This document shows positions 15,700-25,569 of a stretch of DNA of 64,000 nt, in pieces. Origin of the DNA: Chitinophagales bacterium. Lineage in GTDB: Bacteria; Bacteroidota; Bacteroidia; Chitinophagales; Saprospiraceae. The notes beneath the pieces were generated by a model that was given only the letters and a program-made list of their open reading frames with translations, was not told where the DNA came from and made no database searches. The translations under genes were made by a program, and so were the position numbers. The stretch's first letter is position 1. Each line of letters opens with the position of its first letter. The stretch spans positions 747 to 64,746 of the forward strand of contig JAAFIM010000007.1 in the NCBI GenBank assembly GCA_013297745.1, read 5' to 3'.

Positions 15700-17388
15700 T
15701 TACGATTGTTTTTTCAACTCCTTAGCCCAGCTATCTTTTAGCTCTACGGTAAGGTTGAAAATGGGCGCGGCGGCTGCACTTTCCGTATCTACACAGAAAT
15801 AACCTTTGCGCATAAATTGGAAATGTTCGCCCGCTTTGGCATCGGCTAGGGATTTTTCCCCCCAAGCGGTGATGGTTTTGAGCGAGTTGGGGTTGATATA
15901 ATCGGTAAATTCTTCATCTTCGGGAATATCAGCCGCATTTTCTATAGTCAAAAGTCTGTCGTACCAGTTGATTTGTACGGGGTGGTAGTTGTTGGCATCT
16001 ACCCAATGGATAACGCCTTTTACTTTTAGCCCGCTGGTATCGCTGCCCGACTTGGAATTTTCTACATAAGAGGCGCGAATTTCTACCAAATTGCCGTTTT
16101 CATCCTTAATCAATTCCTCGCATTTGATAATATACGCGTGTTTTAGCCGCACATAACCGTTGGGGGTTAGCTTGAAATAGCCTTTGGGGGGATTTTCGTT
16201 GAAATCTTCTCTCTCTATAAAGATAGTGTTGGAAAAACTCAACTCGCGGTGTCCTGCGTTGCTGTCTTCTGGGTTGTTTTCGGCTGGCAATAGCTCGGTT
16301 TTGCCCGTTTCGTAGTTGGAAATGACCACTTTTATCGGGTCTATAACCGCCATTACGCGTTTAGAAATTTTATTCAAATCTTCTCGGATAAAATGTTCCA
16401 ATAAAGACACATCCAGCATAGATTCGCGCTTAGAAATACCCACTGCTACAGCAAAATCGCGTATAGCTTTGGCGGTATAACCTCTCCTGCGCATACCCGA
16501 AATGGTTGGCATTCGCGGGTCGTCCCAGCTATTAACTAATTGTTTTTCAACGAGTTTGAGCATCTTGCGCTTAGACATCACCGTATAGGTAAGGTTGAGG
16601 CGGGCAAATTCTATTTGTTGGGAGTTGTACAAGCCCAATTCTGCCAATAACCATTCGTAAAAAGGTCTGTGCGGCTCAAATTCCAGCGTGCAAATGGAAT
16701 GGGTAATGCCTTCCAAAGCGTCGGAAATCGGGTGCGCGAAGTCGTACATCGGATAAATACACCAGTTGTCGCCCGTGCGGTGGTGGTGCGCGCGTTTAAT
16801 CCTATAAATTACGGGGTCGCGGAGCAGCATATTGGGCGATGCCATATCAATTTTGGCGCGTAAAACACATTCGCCGTCCTTAAACTCGCCCTTGCGCATC
16901 TTTTCAAACAGGCTTAGGTTCTCTTCTGCGCTGGTTTCGCGGTAAGCATTGCCCGTTCCCGCTTGGGTGGGCGTGCCTTTTTGCTTGGCTATATCGTCAG
17001 GGCTGGAAAAATCCACATAAGCTAAGCCTTTTTTAATCAAGGTTTGTGCGCAAGTGTATAAATTTTCAAAATAATCGGAAGCATATTTCACCTCGCCGTC
17101 CCATTCAAAGCCCAACCAACGCACATCGTTTTGTATGGAATTGACATAATCCACTTTTTCTGTGGTGGGGTTGGTGTCGTCAAAGCGCAAATTGGTCGCG
17201 CCGCTGTATTTTTTGCCTAAACCAAAGTTCAAACAGATAGATTTGGCGTGTCCGATATGCAAAAAACCGTTTGGCTCTGGTGGAAAACGGGTCAAAACGC
17301 GCTTGTTGTGTTTGCCTGTTTCGTTGTCGTGTTCTATAATCTCCTCGATAAAATTGAGTGATTTGACTTCGTTGTTTTCTATATTCAT
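15700..17388 (-). CDS. glnS: Glutaminyl-tRNA synthetase
   Basis: HIGH motif (PEPNGFLHIGHAKS) and KMSKS variant (VMSKR). Class I GlnRS-like length and order. Confidence 0.9.
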   Translation of the reverse strand: MNIENNEVKSLNFIEEIIEHDNETGKHNKRVLTRFPPEPNGFLHIGHAKSICLNFGLGKKYSGATNLRFDDTNPTTEKVDYVNSIQNDVRWLGFEWDGEVKYASDYFENLYTCAQTLIKKGLAYVDFSSPDDIAKQKGTPTQAGTGNAYRETSAEENLSLFEKMRKGEFKDGECVLRAKIDMASPNMLLRDPVIYRIKRAHHHRTGDNWCIYPMYDFAHPISDALEGITHSICTLEFEPHRPFYEWLLAELGLYNSQQIEFARLNLTYTVMSKRKMLKLVEKQLVNSWDDPRMPTISGMRRRGYTAKAIRDFAVAVGISKRESMLDVSLLEHFIREDLNKISKRVMAVIDPIKVVISNYETGKTELLPAENNPEDSNAGHRELSFSNTIFIEREDFNENPPKGYFKLTPNGYVRLKHAYIIKCEELIKDENGNLVEIRASYVENSKSGSDTSGLKVKGVIHWVDANNYHPVQINWYDRLLTIENAADIPEDEEFTDYINPNSLKTITAWGEKSLADAKAGEHFQFMRKGYFCVDTESAAAAPIFNLTVELKDSWAKELKKQS

Positions 17389-17484
17389 AAAATAAAATTG
17401 TGTTTTGTGGTGGATAGAATTTTTTTTGCTGTATTTTGCAAAGTCGTTGAAAGGCTAAAAAGTTCCGTAAGAGGGAAGAGTTAT

Positions 17485-18186
17485 TTAACCCTCCACATTG
17501 CAGCGTTTAGCTATAAATTGATGTTTTAGGGCGTCAGCTATTTGTGTGCCTTCACATTGCAATTCTGTAAGTTGGCTTCTAGAAGGGTCTTTAGAAGGGT
17601 GTTGTAAAAAAGGGGCTAAAATAGCAAATAAGTCATTATCGCTTATACGCCCGCAATTCGTTAGGTTCAAAGTTGTTAAACTTGTGCAGCCTGATAAATC
17701 CAAGGTTGTTAAATTTGTGCAACGCGATAAATCTAAAGTTGTTAAGGCTTTACATCCCGACAAGTCTAATTGAGTTAATCCAACAAGACCACTAAAATTT
17801 ACTACGTTTAAATGCTCTAGTGAAGTTATTTGCATAGTGGGTAGTTGTTGGCAATTTATAACTCTTAGCTCTTTCAAATTAACTAATCCGATTTTTGCAT
17901 TTATCACCAAGTTTTCTAACACTGGGCACTCTGTAATTATTAATGTTTCTAGTTTTCGTAGAAGTTTGATAGGTTCTATGCTAGTGATATTAACTCTCAA
18001 AAGATTTAATTCCTGCAATTCTCTAATTGCTTTAAAGAAGTCAGAACGCTCAGTTTGGATATTATGGGGAATAACTTGAGTAAAAATAGTTCGCCAATCA
18101 ATACCAATAACATTATTCCACCAATCCGTTCTCGCTTCTTCATTGTCTAAAAAATACGGAGTTTTGCACTCATTGTATCTGGCCAT
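17485..18186 (-). CDS. Leucine-rich-repeat protein
   Basis: LTTLDLSGC/LTTLDLSRC/LTTLNLTNC repeats. Paralog of 18224..18862 with a shared N-terminal W-W motif. Confidence 0.65.
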   Translation of the reverse strand: MARYNECKTPYFLDNEEARTDWWNNVIGIDWRTIFTQVIPHNIQTERSDFFKAIRELQELNLLRVNITSIEPIKLLRKLETLIITECPVLENLVINAKIGLVNLKELRVINCQQLPTMQITSLEHLNVVNFSGLVGLTQLDLSGCKALTTLDLSRCTNLTTLDLSGCTSLTTLNLTNCGRISDNDLFAILAPFLQHPSKDPSRSQLTELQCEGTQIADALKHQFIAKRCNVEG

Positions 18187-18223
18187 AATAATTAATTTTT
18201 AAGGGTTAGAAAAGAGCATTTTT

Positions 18224-18862
18224 TTAATCAAAAACGACACAACCTTTATCTCTAAACTTATTTTTCATAGTCAAGCTAATGGCGCGCGTGCCTTTGCAAT
18301 GCAATTCTTTGAGTGGCAGGGCATTATTCAAAACAGGTTGTAAGTCTTTGGAAATAAAGTGTTTAGAGTGGCTACAATTCAGCGTTTGCAAGTCCAACAT
18401 ATTTTGTAAGAAAGAAAATTTTTCCAAATTTTTGCAGTTGGAGAAATTCAAGAAGGTTAGACTTGGCAATTTGGACAAATTGGATAAATTATCGCAATTG
18501 GAGCAATTAAGCAGCGTTAGGCTGGGCAATTTGGTTACGCTGATGAGTTGGGGGCAGTTGTTGCAAACCAAAGCGGTCAGGTAGGGCAGATTGGCGGCGT
18601 TGGTGAGTAGTGGGCAATTATAACAAACTATAGAGTTGATGTTGTTGAGATTGGCTATAGCATTGAAGTTTAAAATGTTTGTATTCGGACATTTTAATTT
18701 GGTGATAGCAGCAATTTTTTCAAAATTCGGTTTTTCAACGGTACAATCGGCGTGTTGGGTTAAGATAGTTTTCCATTCGGGTTCTACATTTTCCCACCAT
18801 TCGCTGGCAGCTTCTGTATCTTGGAGAAAGGTTACATCGTTGAAATCGGCGTATTTGGCCAT
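18224..18862 (-). CDS. Leucine-rich-repeat protein
   Basis: NCPLL/NCPQL/NCDNL/NCKNL LRR-like repeats. N-terminus similar to 17485..18186. Confidence 0.65.
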   Translation of the reverse strand: MAKYADFNDVTFLQDTEAASEWWENVEPEWKTILTQHADCTVEKPNFEKIAAITKLKCPNTNILNFNAIANLNNINSIVCYNCPLLTNAANLPYLTALVCNNCPQLISVTKLPSLTLLNCSNCDNLSNLSKLPSLTFLNFSNCKNLEKFSFLQNMLDLQTLNCSHSKHFISKDLQPVLNNALPLKELHCKGTRAISLTMKNKFRDKGCVVFD

Positions 18863-18896
18863 AATGATAAAATATAAAGGTTAGAGAAAATAAAAA

Positions 18897-19610
18897 TTAT
18901 CTGTGTACAGAAGTGGGAAAGTATGGGCTAAAATCGTCGTTCCAACTTGGTTTTGATTTTACATACCAAATTTTAAACGCTAAAAATTGGCTTTCAGGTT
19001 GCAATTCTGCTTTTATTCTGTCTGCGTAGATTGCTTGTTCAGGCTTATTTTCGTTGTCGTAAAAATCATCTTTAAGTTGGGTCAAATCTGCCATTGCTTC
19101 TACAAGCAGTTTCCGCAAAGCGGCCGCTTTCATCCTGCTAGCGGCTGGAGGTTTATAAGTTGAGTCTATTTTACAATCTGCATTATAAATCCGAGAAAGT
19201 AATTTTACTGTGTTTAAAGTAGTTGGGTCAGTTTCTGTGGTAGAAATATCTACTTTTTCCTTTGGATTTTTAAAGGCTGTTAGGAGAAAAGAAATTTTTT
19301 CGGCTATCAAAATTTGTGAGTTTGTACAATCTAAAATATCGCTAAACGATTCACCGCTTTTCCGCGAGTTGCAATAACTACAAGCGTACATTAGATTATT
19401 CCAATTAAATTTTTTATGAGGGTTAGTATAACCGTTTGTTGTGTGATTTTGATAATGTTCAACTATAAAATCTGTATCAATTTTTTTCTCGCATAAGTAG
19501 CATTTATGATGAAAATCTGCTTGCAATCGATTCAAAACATCTTCATCGTCATACTTTTTTTGCGCTGCTAAAGAAGTGGGCGCAGGTTGGGATTTATGAA
19601 AGTTTATCAT
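18897..19610 (-). CDS. HNH endonuclease (PtuB-like)
   Basis: HHKCYLCEKK...EHY...NLMYACSYCNSRK is an HNH/His-Me finger signature. It overlaps the upstream ATPase gene by 17 nt. Confidence 0.65.
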   Translation of the reverse strand: MINFHKSQPAPTSLAAQKKYDDEDVLNRLQADFHHKCYLCEKKIDTDFIVEHYQNHTTNGYTNPHKKFNWNNLMYACSYCNSRKSGESFSDILDCTNSQILIAEKISFLLTAFKNPKEKVDISTTETDPTTLNTVKLLSRIYNADCKIDSTYKPPAASRMKAAALRKLLVEAMADLTQLKDDFYDNENKPEQAIYADRIKAELQPESQFLAFKIWYVKSKPSWNDDFSPYFPTSVHR

Positions 19611-21087
19611 AACTGCTAATTTTTGCTTGATACAATTCCTTAGTTTCGGCTAATAAAATTTTAATCTCAGCAGCGCGAAATTTTGGCATTTCTTGGAGTT
19701 GATTGCGCAATTTTTGCAGCATTTGTATATCTTTTTTCGTGGGTTGTTCTAAGCTCAACAAATTTTCATAGTCTGCTTTTATTTGGTTCAGAAAGTTAGA
19801 AAATTTATCCACTTCAAAATGCGTTTCCACTATCGCTTCAGCAGGAAATCCAACTAATGGCTCATTTATAAGGTTATGATTTTCCAAATCATAAACTACT
19901 GCGTTATCTATAGAGGATAACACATAAGGCGAATGGCTGCTTACAATAAACTGTATATTTGGGAAAAAACTGGTTAAAAATGGTAAAATTTGCTTTTGCA
20001 GTGCAATGTGTAGATGAGTTTCTATTTCATCGATTATTACTATTCCCTGTATATTCTCAGGTTCAGCATACCACATTATTTTTTTAAATAAGTTATCTAT
20101 ACCTTCGCTATGAGAAGATACGGGAATAGACCGTCTTCTATTTTGGTGTGTAGATATTGTTGTTTTTATTTTTTCAATTCTAAGCAAAATTTCTGATAGA
20201 ATATAAACAATGGACTTAAACCCGTCTGACAACTGTTGTAAGCCTACAGGCTCGCGGCCTGGTAACTTTACATCAAAATAGTAATTGCGAGAATCGAATG
20301 TAAATTTAAATTCATTTCTTTCAATTTCTGAAATTTCAAAAATACTGCACAAGTAACTTTCAAAGATGTTGAACCAATTTTCTACTTCCGCTACTTCATC
20401 TTCATTTTTATTTAGTGAAGAGAAGGCTTGCTGTATGCGTTTTTGCATCAAATAGTGGATAAATTGAGAGTTTGCTTGTTCTCTAATACCTTGCTCTTCA
20501 AATTTGAATGCCTGAGTTGATTTTTCTGTTTGAGGTTTTAGAAAATCAAAATCACGTTGTGCTGGAATATAAGCAGTTACAAAAGGAACTTCGTAATAAT
20601 CAATAAATCCGTAAACTAATTGGTCAGTTGCGGAAAAATTGATTTTTCTTAGCCAATTTTCACTATTTTTACCTAACAAACTGACACTACCAAGTCGCTG
20701 TCGAGCCCCAAACCGAGCCCCAAAATCAATGGCTTGTTGTTCAAACTCATTATCAGAAATATGATTTTCTAATAGATTGATGTCGTCTAAAGAAAGATTA
20801 GAGTTTTCTTTAGCTTTTAGTAAGCTTTGGTGACTTATTTTTAGCTGGGCTTTAAGAGAAGATGTGTGAATTTGGAAAGTGGCACTTGAATATTCATTAG
20901 TTAAGTCTTGCAATTTATCGCGTATTTCTTCCAACACGGAACTCTTACCACTCCCATTTTTTCCTGTGAGGATTAGGTGGCGGCGAATATCTTTACCAAT
21001 TTCTATATGAATACGGCGTAGGTGGCGGCATTTTAGTATAAAAATATCAGTTAGAAAGTACTGCTCATAAAGTCCGTCCTTTTCCAT
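19594..21087 (-). CDS. AAA_21/ABC-type ATPase (PtuA-like)
   Basis: Walker A LTGKNGSGKSS. Walker B/H-loop VIIDEIETHLH...SSHSP. 497 aa. Visibly AT-richer than the adjacent Fe-S gene. Confidence 0.7.
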   Translation of the reverse strand: MEKDGLYEQYFLTDIFILKCRHLRRIHIEIGKDIRRHLILTGKNGSGKSSVLEEIRDKLQDLTNEYSSATFQIHTSSLKAQLKISHQSLLKAKENSNLSLDDINLLENHISDNEFEQQAIDFGARFGARQRLGSVSLLGKNSENWLRKINFSATDQLVYGFIDYYEVPFVTAYIPAQRDFDFLKPQTEKSTQAFKFEEQGIREQANSQFIHYLMQKRIQQAFSSLNKNEDEVAEVENWFNIFESYLCSIFEISEIERNEFKFTFDSRNYYFDVKLPGREPVGLQQLSDGFKSIVYILSEILLRIEKIKTTISTHQNRRRSIPVSSHSEGIDNLFKKIMWYAEPENIQGIVIIDEIETHLHIALQKQILPFLTSFFPNIQFIVSSHSPYVLSSIDNAVVYDLENHNLINEPLVGFPAEAIVETHFEVDKFSNFLNQIKADYENLLSLEQPTKKDIQMLQKLRNQLQEMPKFRAAEIKILLAETKELYQAKISSYDKLS

Positions 21088-21089
21088 AG

Positions 21090-21881
21090 TTAAAGTCCAT
21101 TGCTTTTGACTATCAATTCGGACAAATCCAACACCATAATACTATCTTGGCGTTCTTTTTCCTTGATGCCGTCTTGCAACATTGTGATACAGAAAGGGCA
21201 GTTGGCGGCTACTATAGTGGCGTTGGTTTCCAACAATTCTTCGGTGCGGGCTGTATTGATGCGCTTATTCCCTTTTTCGTCCTCTTTGAACATCTGCGCG
21301 CCGCCTGCTCCACAGCATAAACCGTTGGCGCGGCTGCGTTTCATTTCCACCAAATCCGCGTCCAATTGAGCCAATAATTCGCGGGGGGCTTCGTACACTT
21401 CGTTGGCGCGGCCGAGATAGCAAGAATCGTGATAGGTGATTTTTTTCCCTTTAAATTCGCCCCCTTGCACTTTCAACTTGCCTTCATTGACCAAAGATTG
21501 TAAAAATTGGCTGTGGTGCAGCACTTCATAAGAACCGCCCAAGGCTGGATATTCATTTTTGAGGATATTGAAACAGTGGGGGCAAGCGGTTACGATTTTT
21601 TTGACCTCGTACATATTCAACAGCATTATATTCTGTTGCGCTTGAGTTTGGAATACAAATTCGTTGCCTGCGCGGCGGGCTGGGTCGCCCGTGCAGTTTT
21701 CTTCTTTACCCAAAACGGCAAATTTTATCCCAACTTCGTTCAAAATTTTGCACATTGCTACAGTGATGCGTTGGGCGCGTTGGTCAAAACTACCAGCACA
21801 GCCCACCCAAAATAAAATTTCTGGTTTGTCGCCTGCTGCGTACATTTCTGCCATTGTGGGAATAACTAAAGGCTTGTTCAT
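21090..21881 (-). CDS. (Fe-S)-binding protein with two cysteine-rich CCG domains (LutA/GlcF/HdrD-like)
   Basis: VGCAGSF...TACPHCFN and GLCCGAGG...ANCPFC motifs. Confidence 0.75.
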   Translation of the reverse strand: MNKPLVIPTMAEMYAAGDKPEILFWVGCAGSFDQRAQRITVAMCKILNEVGIKFAVLGKEENCTGDPARRAGNEFVFQTQAQQNIMLLNMYEVKKIVTACPHCFNILKNEYPALGGSYEVLHHSQFLQSLVNEGKLKVQGGEFKGKKITYHDSCYLGRANEVYEAPRELLAQLDADLVEMKRSRANGLCCGAGGAQMFKEDEKGNKRINTARTEELLETNATIVAANCPFCITMLQDGIKEKERQDSIMVLDLSELIVKSNGL

Positions 21882-22028
21882 AATTATTAGTTGTTAGTGG
21901 TTAGTTGTTGATTAGCAATAATTTGTATGATTTTTGAATAAAGAGTAAATTTTTGTTCTGCGGAAATAATACAGAATTTTAAAAATAAGTGTGTAATAGT
22001 GGTATAAATTATTAAAGACATCAATTAT

Positions 22029-22252
22029 AAAAACTTGTGTTTTGAAATTTTTTTAACGGCTTACGCCTAAAAATTTTTTTTCTTCGTACTTTTTGCAGGC
22101 GCAAAAAGTACCAAAAACGCCCTGTTTCTATAAACTTGTTCGCTCCGCTTGCTAAAGCTGCGCTCCGTCTCACTTCAGACAGTATAGAAACTCAACGGAT
22201 TGGTGTAGTTACGCGCTTCGCGCGATTTTTTACTTTATTTTTGTCTACTTAC
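22029..22252. repeat. Structured repeat family 1, copy B (inverted relative to copy A)
   Basis: Reverse complement of copy A. The terminal gtctacTTAc supplies the stop codon of CDS 22249..22470. Confidence 0.8.
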
Positions 22253-22470
22253 ATATAGTCTTTTAAATCGTCCAAAGGTTCGTTAAAATCATCAGGAATA
22301 CTAAATCCCTTGCCTGCTAAACTGCCAAGTTTTACCCCTTTAGGAGGTTTTGTGTCTTGCTTGGCATCAGGTTTGGCTTCTTGATATTTGACTTTCAAAC
22401 GCTGCAATAGATTGACTATCAGTTGATAATCTTCATCATTATTAAATTCTAAAATTAAATTTTTTTGCAT
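22249..22470 (-). CDS. DUF2281-like small protein (putative antitoxin-type family)
   Basis: The C-terminal FSIPDDFNEPLDDLKDYM motif is characteristic of DUF2281, recalled from memory. Confidence 0.45.
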   Translation of the reverse strand: MQKNLILEFNNDEDYQLIVNLLQRLKVKYQEAKPDAKQDTKPPKGVKLGSLAGKGFSIPDDFNEPLDDLKDYM

Positions 22471-22494
22471 AATTTTTATATTTTATAGGTTATA

Positions 22495-22540
22495 TTTTTT
22501 AAAAAAAGCCCACCCTTGCTATTTGGGGCGGGCTTTTTGA
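22495..22540 (-). terminator. Intrinsic terminator after sucA (bidirectional-looking)
   Basis: gcccaccc/ggggcgggc stem with T/A runs on both sides. Confidence 0.6.
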
Positions 22541-22546
22541 GTATCA

Positions 22547-25321
22547 TTATTTTTCTATTGGAGCAAAAGCGCGGTCTATGATAGACAGTTGCTGTTGGTC
22601 GTGTACTTTTTTATAACCTGTGGCTGGCGATGCGCTGGATTTGCGAGAGATGAGTTCCAAATCGTATTTGCGGTAGAATGCCAACAGATATTGCCACGCG
22701 CCCATATTGGAGGGTTCTTCTTGCACCCAATAAAATTTGGCGTTTTTGTACTTGCTGATAAGGGCTTTGACCTGTTTGCGGGGGAAAGGGTATAACTGCT
22801 CCAAGCGAACAATGGCTATATCGGTGCGGTTATCGGCTTGTTGGCGGCGCAATAAATCGTAATAAATTTTACCCGAACAACACAATACTTTAGTAGCTGT
22901 AACCCCACTTTCTTCTGTAGCGAATAATTTGTCATCAATTACCTCTTGGAAGCGACCTGTAGCCAATTCATCGAGTTGGGAAACTGCACTAAATTGTAAA
23001 TCTTTGGTCGTATCGGCTTTCAACAAACTTTTGGGGGACATTACCACTAACGGCTTGCGGAATGGGCGGTGTAGTTGTCTTCTTATTAAGTGGAAGAAAT
23101 TGGCTGGAGTGGTAACATTAGCTACAGTCATATTATACTCTGCACAAAGTTGTAGAAAACGCTCCAAACGCGCCGAAGAGTGTTCAGGCCCTTGCCCTTC
23201 GTACCCGTGGGGCAATAACATCACCAAACCGCTCATACGCTGCCACTTGCTTTCGCCCGCGCTGATAAACTGGTCTATAGTGGTTTGTGCGCCATTGCAG
23301 AAGTCGCCAAATTGTGCTTCCCAAATCACCAAATTATCTGGAGTAGCCAAAGAATAGCCATATTCAAACCCCAAAACCGCAAATTCAGACAACAAAGAGT
23401 TATAAATTCTAAATTGTCCCTGTTTTTCTGCTAATTTATTGAAACGGTTATAAGATTGGTTGGTTTCTGAATCTACCAAAACCGCGTTTCTGTGCGAGAA
23501 AGTTCCCCTGCGCACATCCTGGCCAGACATACGCACATCGCTACCTTCCAACAATAGCGTAGCATAAGCTAAATGTTCGCCCATAGACCAATCCACTTTC
23601 TGCTGGTCAATAAACCATTGGGCATTTTCTAAGATACGGTTTAGTTTTTTGAGCGGGGTAAAATCGGCGGGCAAAGTTTGCATTTTTTTCAAAATGTCCA
23701 ACAAAACCGCTTTATCAACGCCCGTTTCGGGAGAAGCTAGATAATCTTCTTCTGTGGTTTTGAACTGCATTTTTTTCCAAGCCAATTCCGTTTCTTGCGG
23801 CTTGTAGGGGAGTGGGTTTTGGCGCACACTATCCAAACGCTGTTGTAAAAACTCATCAAACTCTTTGCTGATTTGTTTGGCCATTTGTGCCTCAATCTCG
23901 CCGTGTGCTATCAAATTATTGACATAAATCGTGCGTGGGTCTTGGTGTTTGGCTATCAATTTGTACAACTGTGGCTGGGTGAATTGTGGGTCGTCGCCCT
24001 CGTTATGCCCGTTTCTGCGGTAACAAACCATATCCAAAAATACGTCCGTGTTGAAATGCTGTCTGTATTCCATAGCCAACTCTGCTACAAATAAAACCGC
24101 TTCTGGGTCGTCGCCATTTACGTGGAAAACGGGTGCTTGTACTACAGCCGCCAAAGCCGTGCAGTAAGTAGAAGAACGCGCATCTTCAAAATCTGTGGTA
24201 AAACCTACCTGATTGTTGATAACAAAATGGATAGTTCCGCCCGTGTAATAGCCCTCCAATTGGCTCATTTGTATCAATTCAAACCCTATCCCTTGCCCCG
24301 CTACAGCAGCATCGCCGTGGATTAATATGGGTAGAATGGAGTCGTAATCGCTTTGGTATAAAATATCCGCCTTAGCGCGTGCAAAACCTTGTACTACAGG
24401 ATTGACGGCTTCCAAGTGGCTGGGATTGGGTACTAATTTTAGATAAACGTTTTTATCCCCTGTGGTTTTCACCTCTGACGAAAAACCCATGTGGTATTTG
24501 ACATCGCCATCGCCAAAGGATAAATCGGGCATTACGTGTCCTTCAAACTCGTTGAATATATAATCGTAAGTTTTGCCCATAATGTTGGCCAAGACGTTCA
24601 AACGCCCTCTGTGCGCCATCCCAACGACCACCTCGCGCACGCCCAAATCTGCGCCTTTGTTGATAATACCGTCCAAAGCTGGTATCATCGCTTCGCCGCC
24701 TTCCAAACCAAAACGCTTTTGTGCTACGTATTTTTTCGCCAAAAACTGCTCAAATCCTACCGCACCGCTTAATTTTTGCAAAATGCGGGTTTTTTTCTCT
24801 ATAGAAAATCCATAATCTTTAGCCCAACGCGCTTCTACCTTCTCGCGCAACCATTGGCGTTTTTCTTTATTCTCTATAAAAGAATACTCAAAGCCGATAT
24901 TGCCCGTGTACAAGAACTTGAGGCGTTCCAAAATCTCTTTTAGGCTGCCATTGGGCAAACCAATTTCTGCACCTACAGTAAATCGCTGGTCTAAATCGGA
25001 TTCAGATAAGCCAAAATTGCCCAAATCCAAGTGCGGAAGTCTGTTTTTGCGCGGACGGATGGGGTTGGTAGTGGATAATAAATGCCCTCTTTGGCGATAA
25101 GCGTGGATAACATCCAACACAGCAAACTCTTTGGTGGAAACGGTTTGGGCGGGATTGCTTATTACCACCTCGCCGCCTTCTAAAGCGTTTTGTTGGGCAA
25201 AATCAAAACCTTGGAAAAACTCTCTCCAGCCTGCTGGTACGGACTCTGCCGATTGTTGATATTTTTGGTATAAATCTTCTATGTATGCGGGGTGCGCATT
25301 GGATAAATACGAATAACTCAT
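22547..25321 (-). CDS. sucA: 2-oxoglutarate dehydrogenase E1 component
   Basis: 924 aa with a conserved ThDP-dependent E1o layout (GMAHRGRLNVL, GDAAVAGQG). Confidence 0.9.
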   Translation of the reverse strand: MSYSYLSNAHPAYIEDLYQKYQQSAESVPAGWREFFQGFDFAQQNALEGGEVVISNPAQTVSTKEFAVLDVIHAYRQRGHLLSTTNPIRPRKNRLPHLDLGNFGLSESDLDQRFTVGAEIGLPNGSLKEILERLKFLYTGNIGFEYSFIENKEKRQWLREKVEARWAKDYGFSIEKKTRILQKLSGAVGFEQFLAKKYVAQKRFGLEGGEAMIPALDGIINKGADLGVREVVVGMAHRGRLNVLANIMGKTYDYIFNEFEGHVMPDLSFGDGDVKYHMGFSSEVKTTGDKNVYLKLVPNPSHLEAVNPVVQGFARAKADILYQSDYDSILPILIHGDAAVAGQGIGFELIQMSQLEGYYTGGTIHFVINNQVGFTTDFEDARSSTYCTALAAVVQAPVFHVNGDDPEAVLFVAELAMEYRQHFNTDVFLDMVCYRRNGHNEGDDPQFTQPQLYKLIAKHQDPRTIYVNNLIAHGEIEAQMAKQISKEFDEFLQQRLDSVRQNPLPYKPQETELAWKKMQFKTTEEDYLASPETGVDKAVLLDILKKMQTLPADFTPLKKLNRILENAQWFIDQQKVDWSMGEHLAYATLLLEGSDVRMSGQDVRRGTFSHRNAVLVDSETNQSYNRFNKLAEKQGQFRIYNSLLSEFAVLGFEYGYSLATPDNLVIWEAQFGDFCNGAQTTIDQFISAGESKWQRMSGLVMLLPHGYEGQGPEHSSARLERFLQLCAEYNMTVANVTTPANFFHLIRRQLHRPFRKPLVVMSPKSLLKADTTKDLQFSAVSQLDELATGRFQEVIDDKLFATEESGVTATKVLCCSGKIYYDLLRRQQADNRTDIAIVRLEQLYPFPRKQVKALISKYKNAKFYWVQEEPSNMGAWQYLLAFYRKYDLELISRKSSASPATGYKKVHDQQQLSIIDRAFAPIEK

Positions 25322-25465
25322 ATTTTTTGGCTCGTTAATGAAAAAATGGCGATTAAATGTGGGCGCAAAGTTAGGTAAAATTTACAGAATTAAAACAGTA
25401 AAAGTACAAAAAAGGTTGAAAAATTAACTTTTTGGGAAAAAAAATGTAAAAAAATGTAAAAAAAT

Positions 25466-25495
25466 TTGCGCTTATAAAAAAACTGCTTACCTTTG
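25466..25495 (+). promoter_or_regulatory. Bacteroidetes-type promoter for rpsT (-33 TTG, 19-bp spacer, -7 TACCTTTG)
   Basis: TTG at 25466..25468 and TACCTTTG at 25488..25495. It lies ~75 nt upstream of the rpsT ATG. Confidence 0.5.
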
Positions 25496-25569
25496 CCCTC
25501 CGATTTTCAAATCAAAAACTATTAAACGTTTAATTTTTATAACATAACATTTTTTTTGTACAAAAAAAC

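Noticed and set aside
12164-21087. Prophage or integrative element spanning the accessory genes
   Set aside because: No integrase, transposase, terminase or other phage structural gene is visible. Core genes (glnS, trhO) are interspersed. The data are better explained as small independent insertions.
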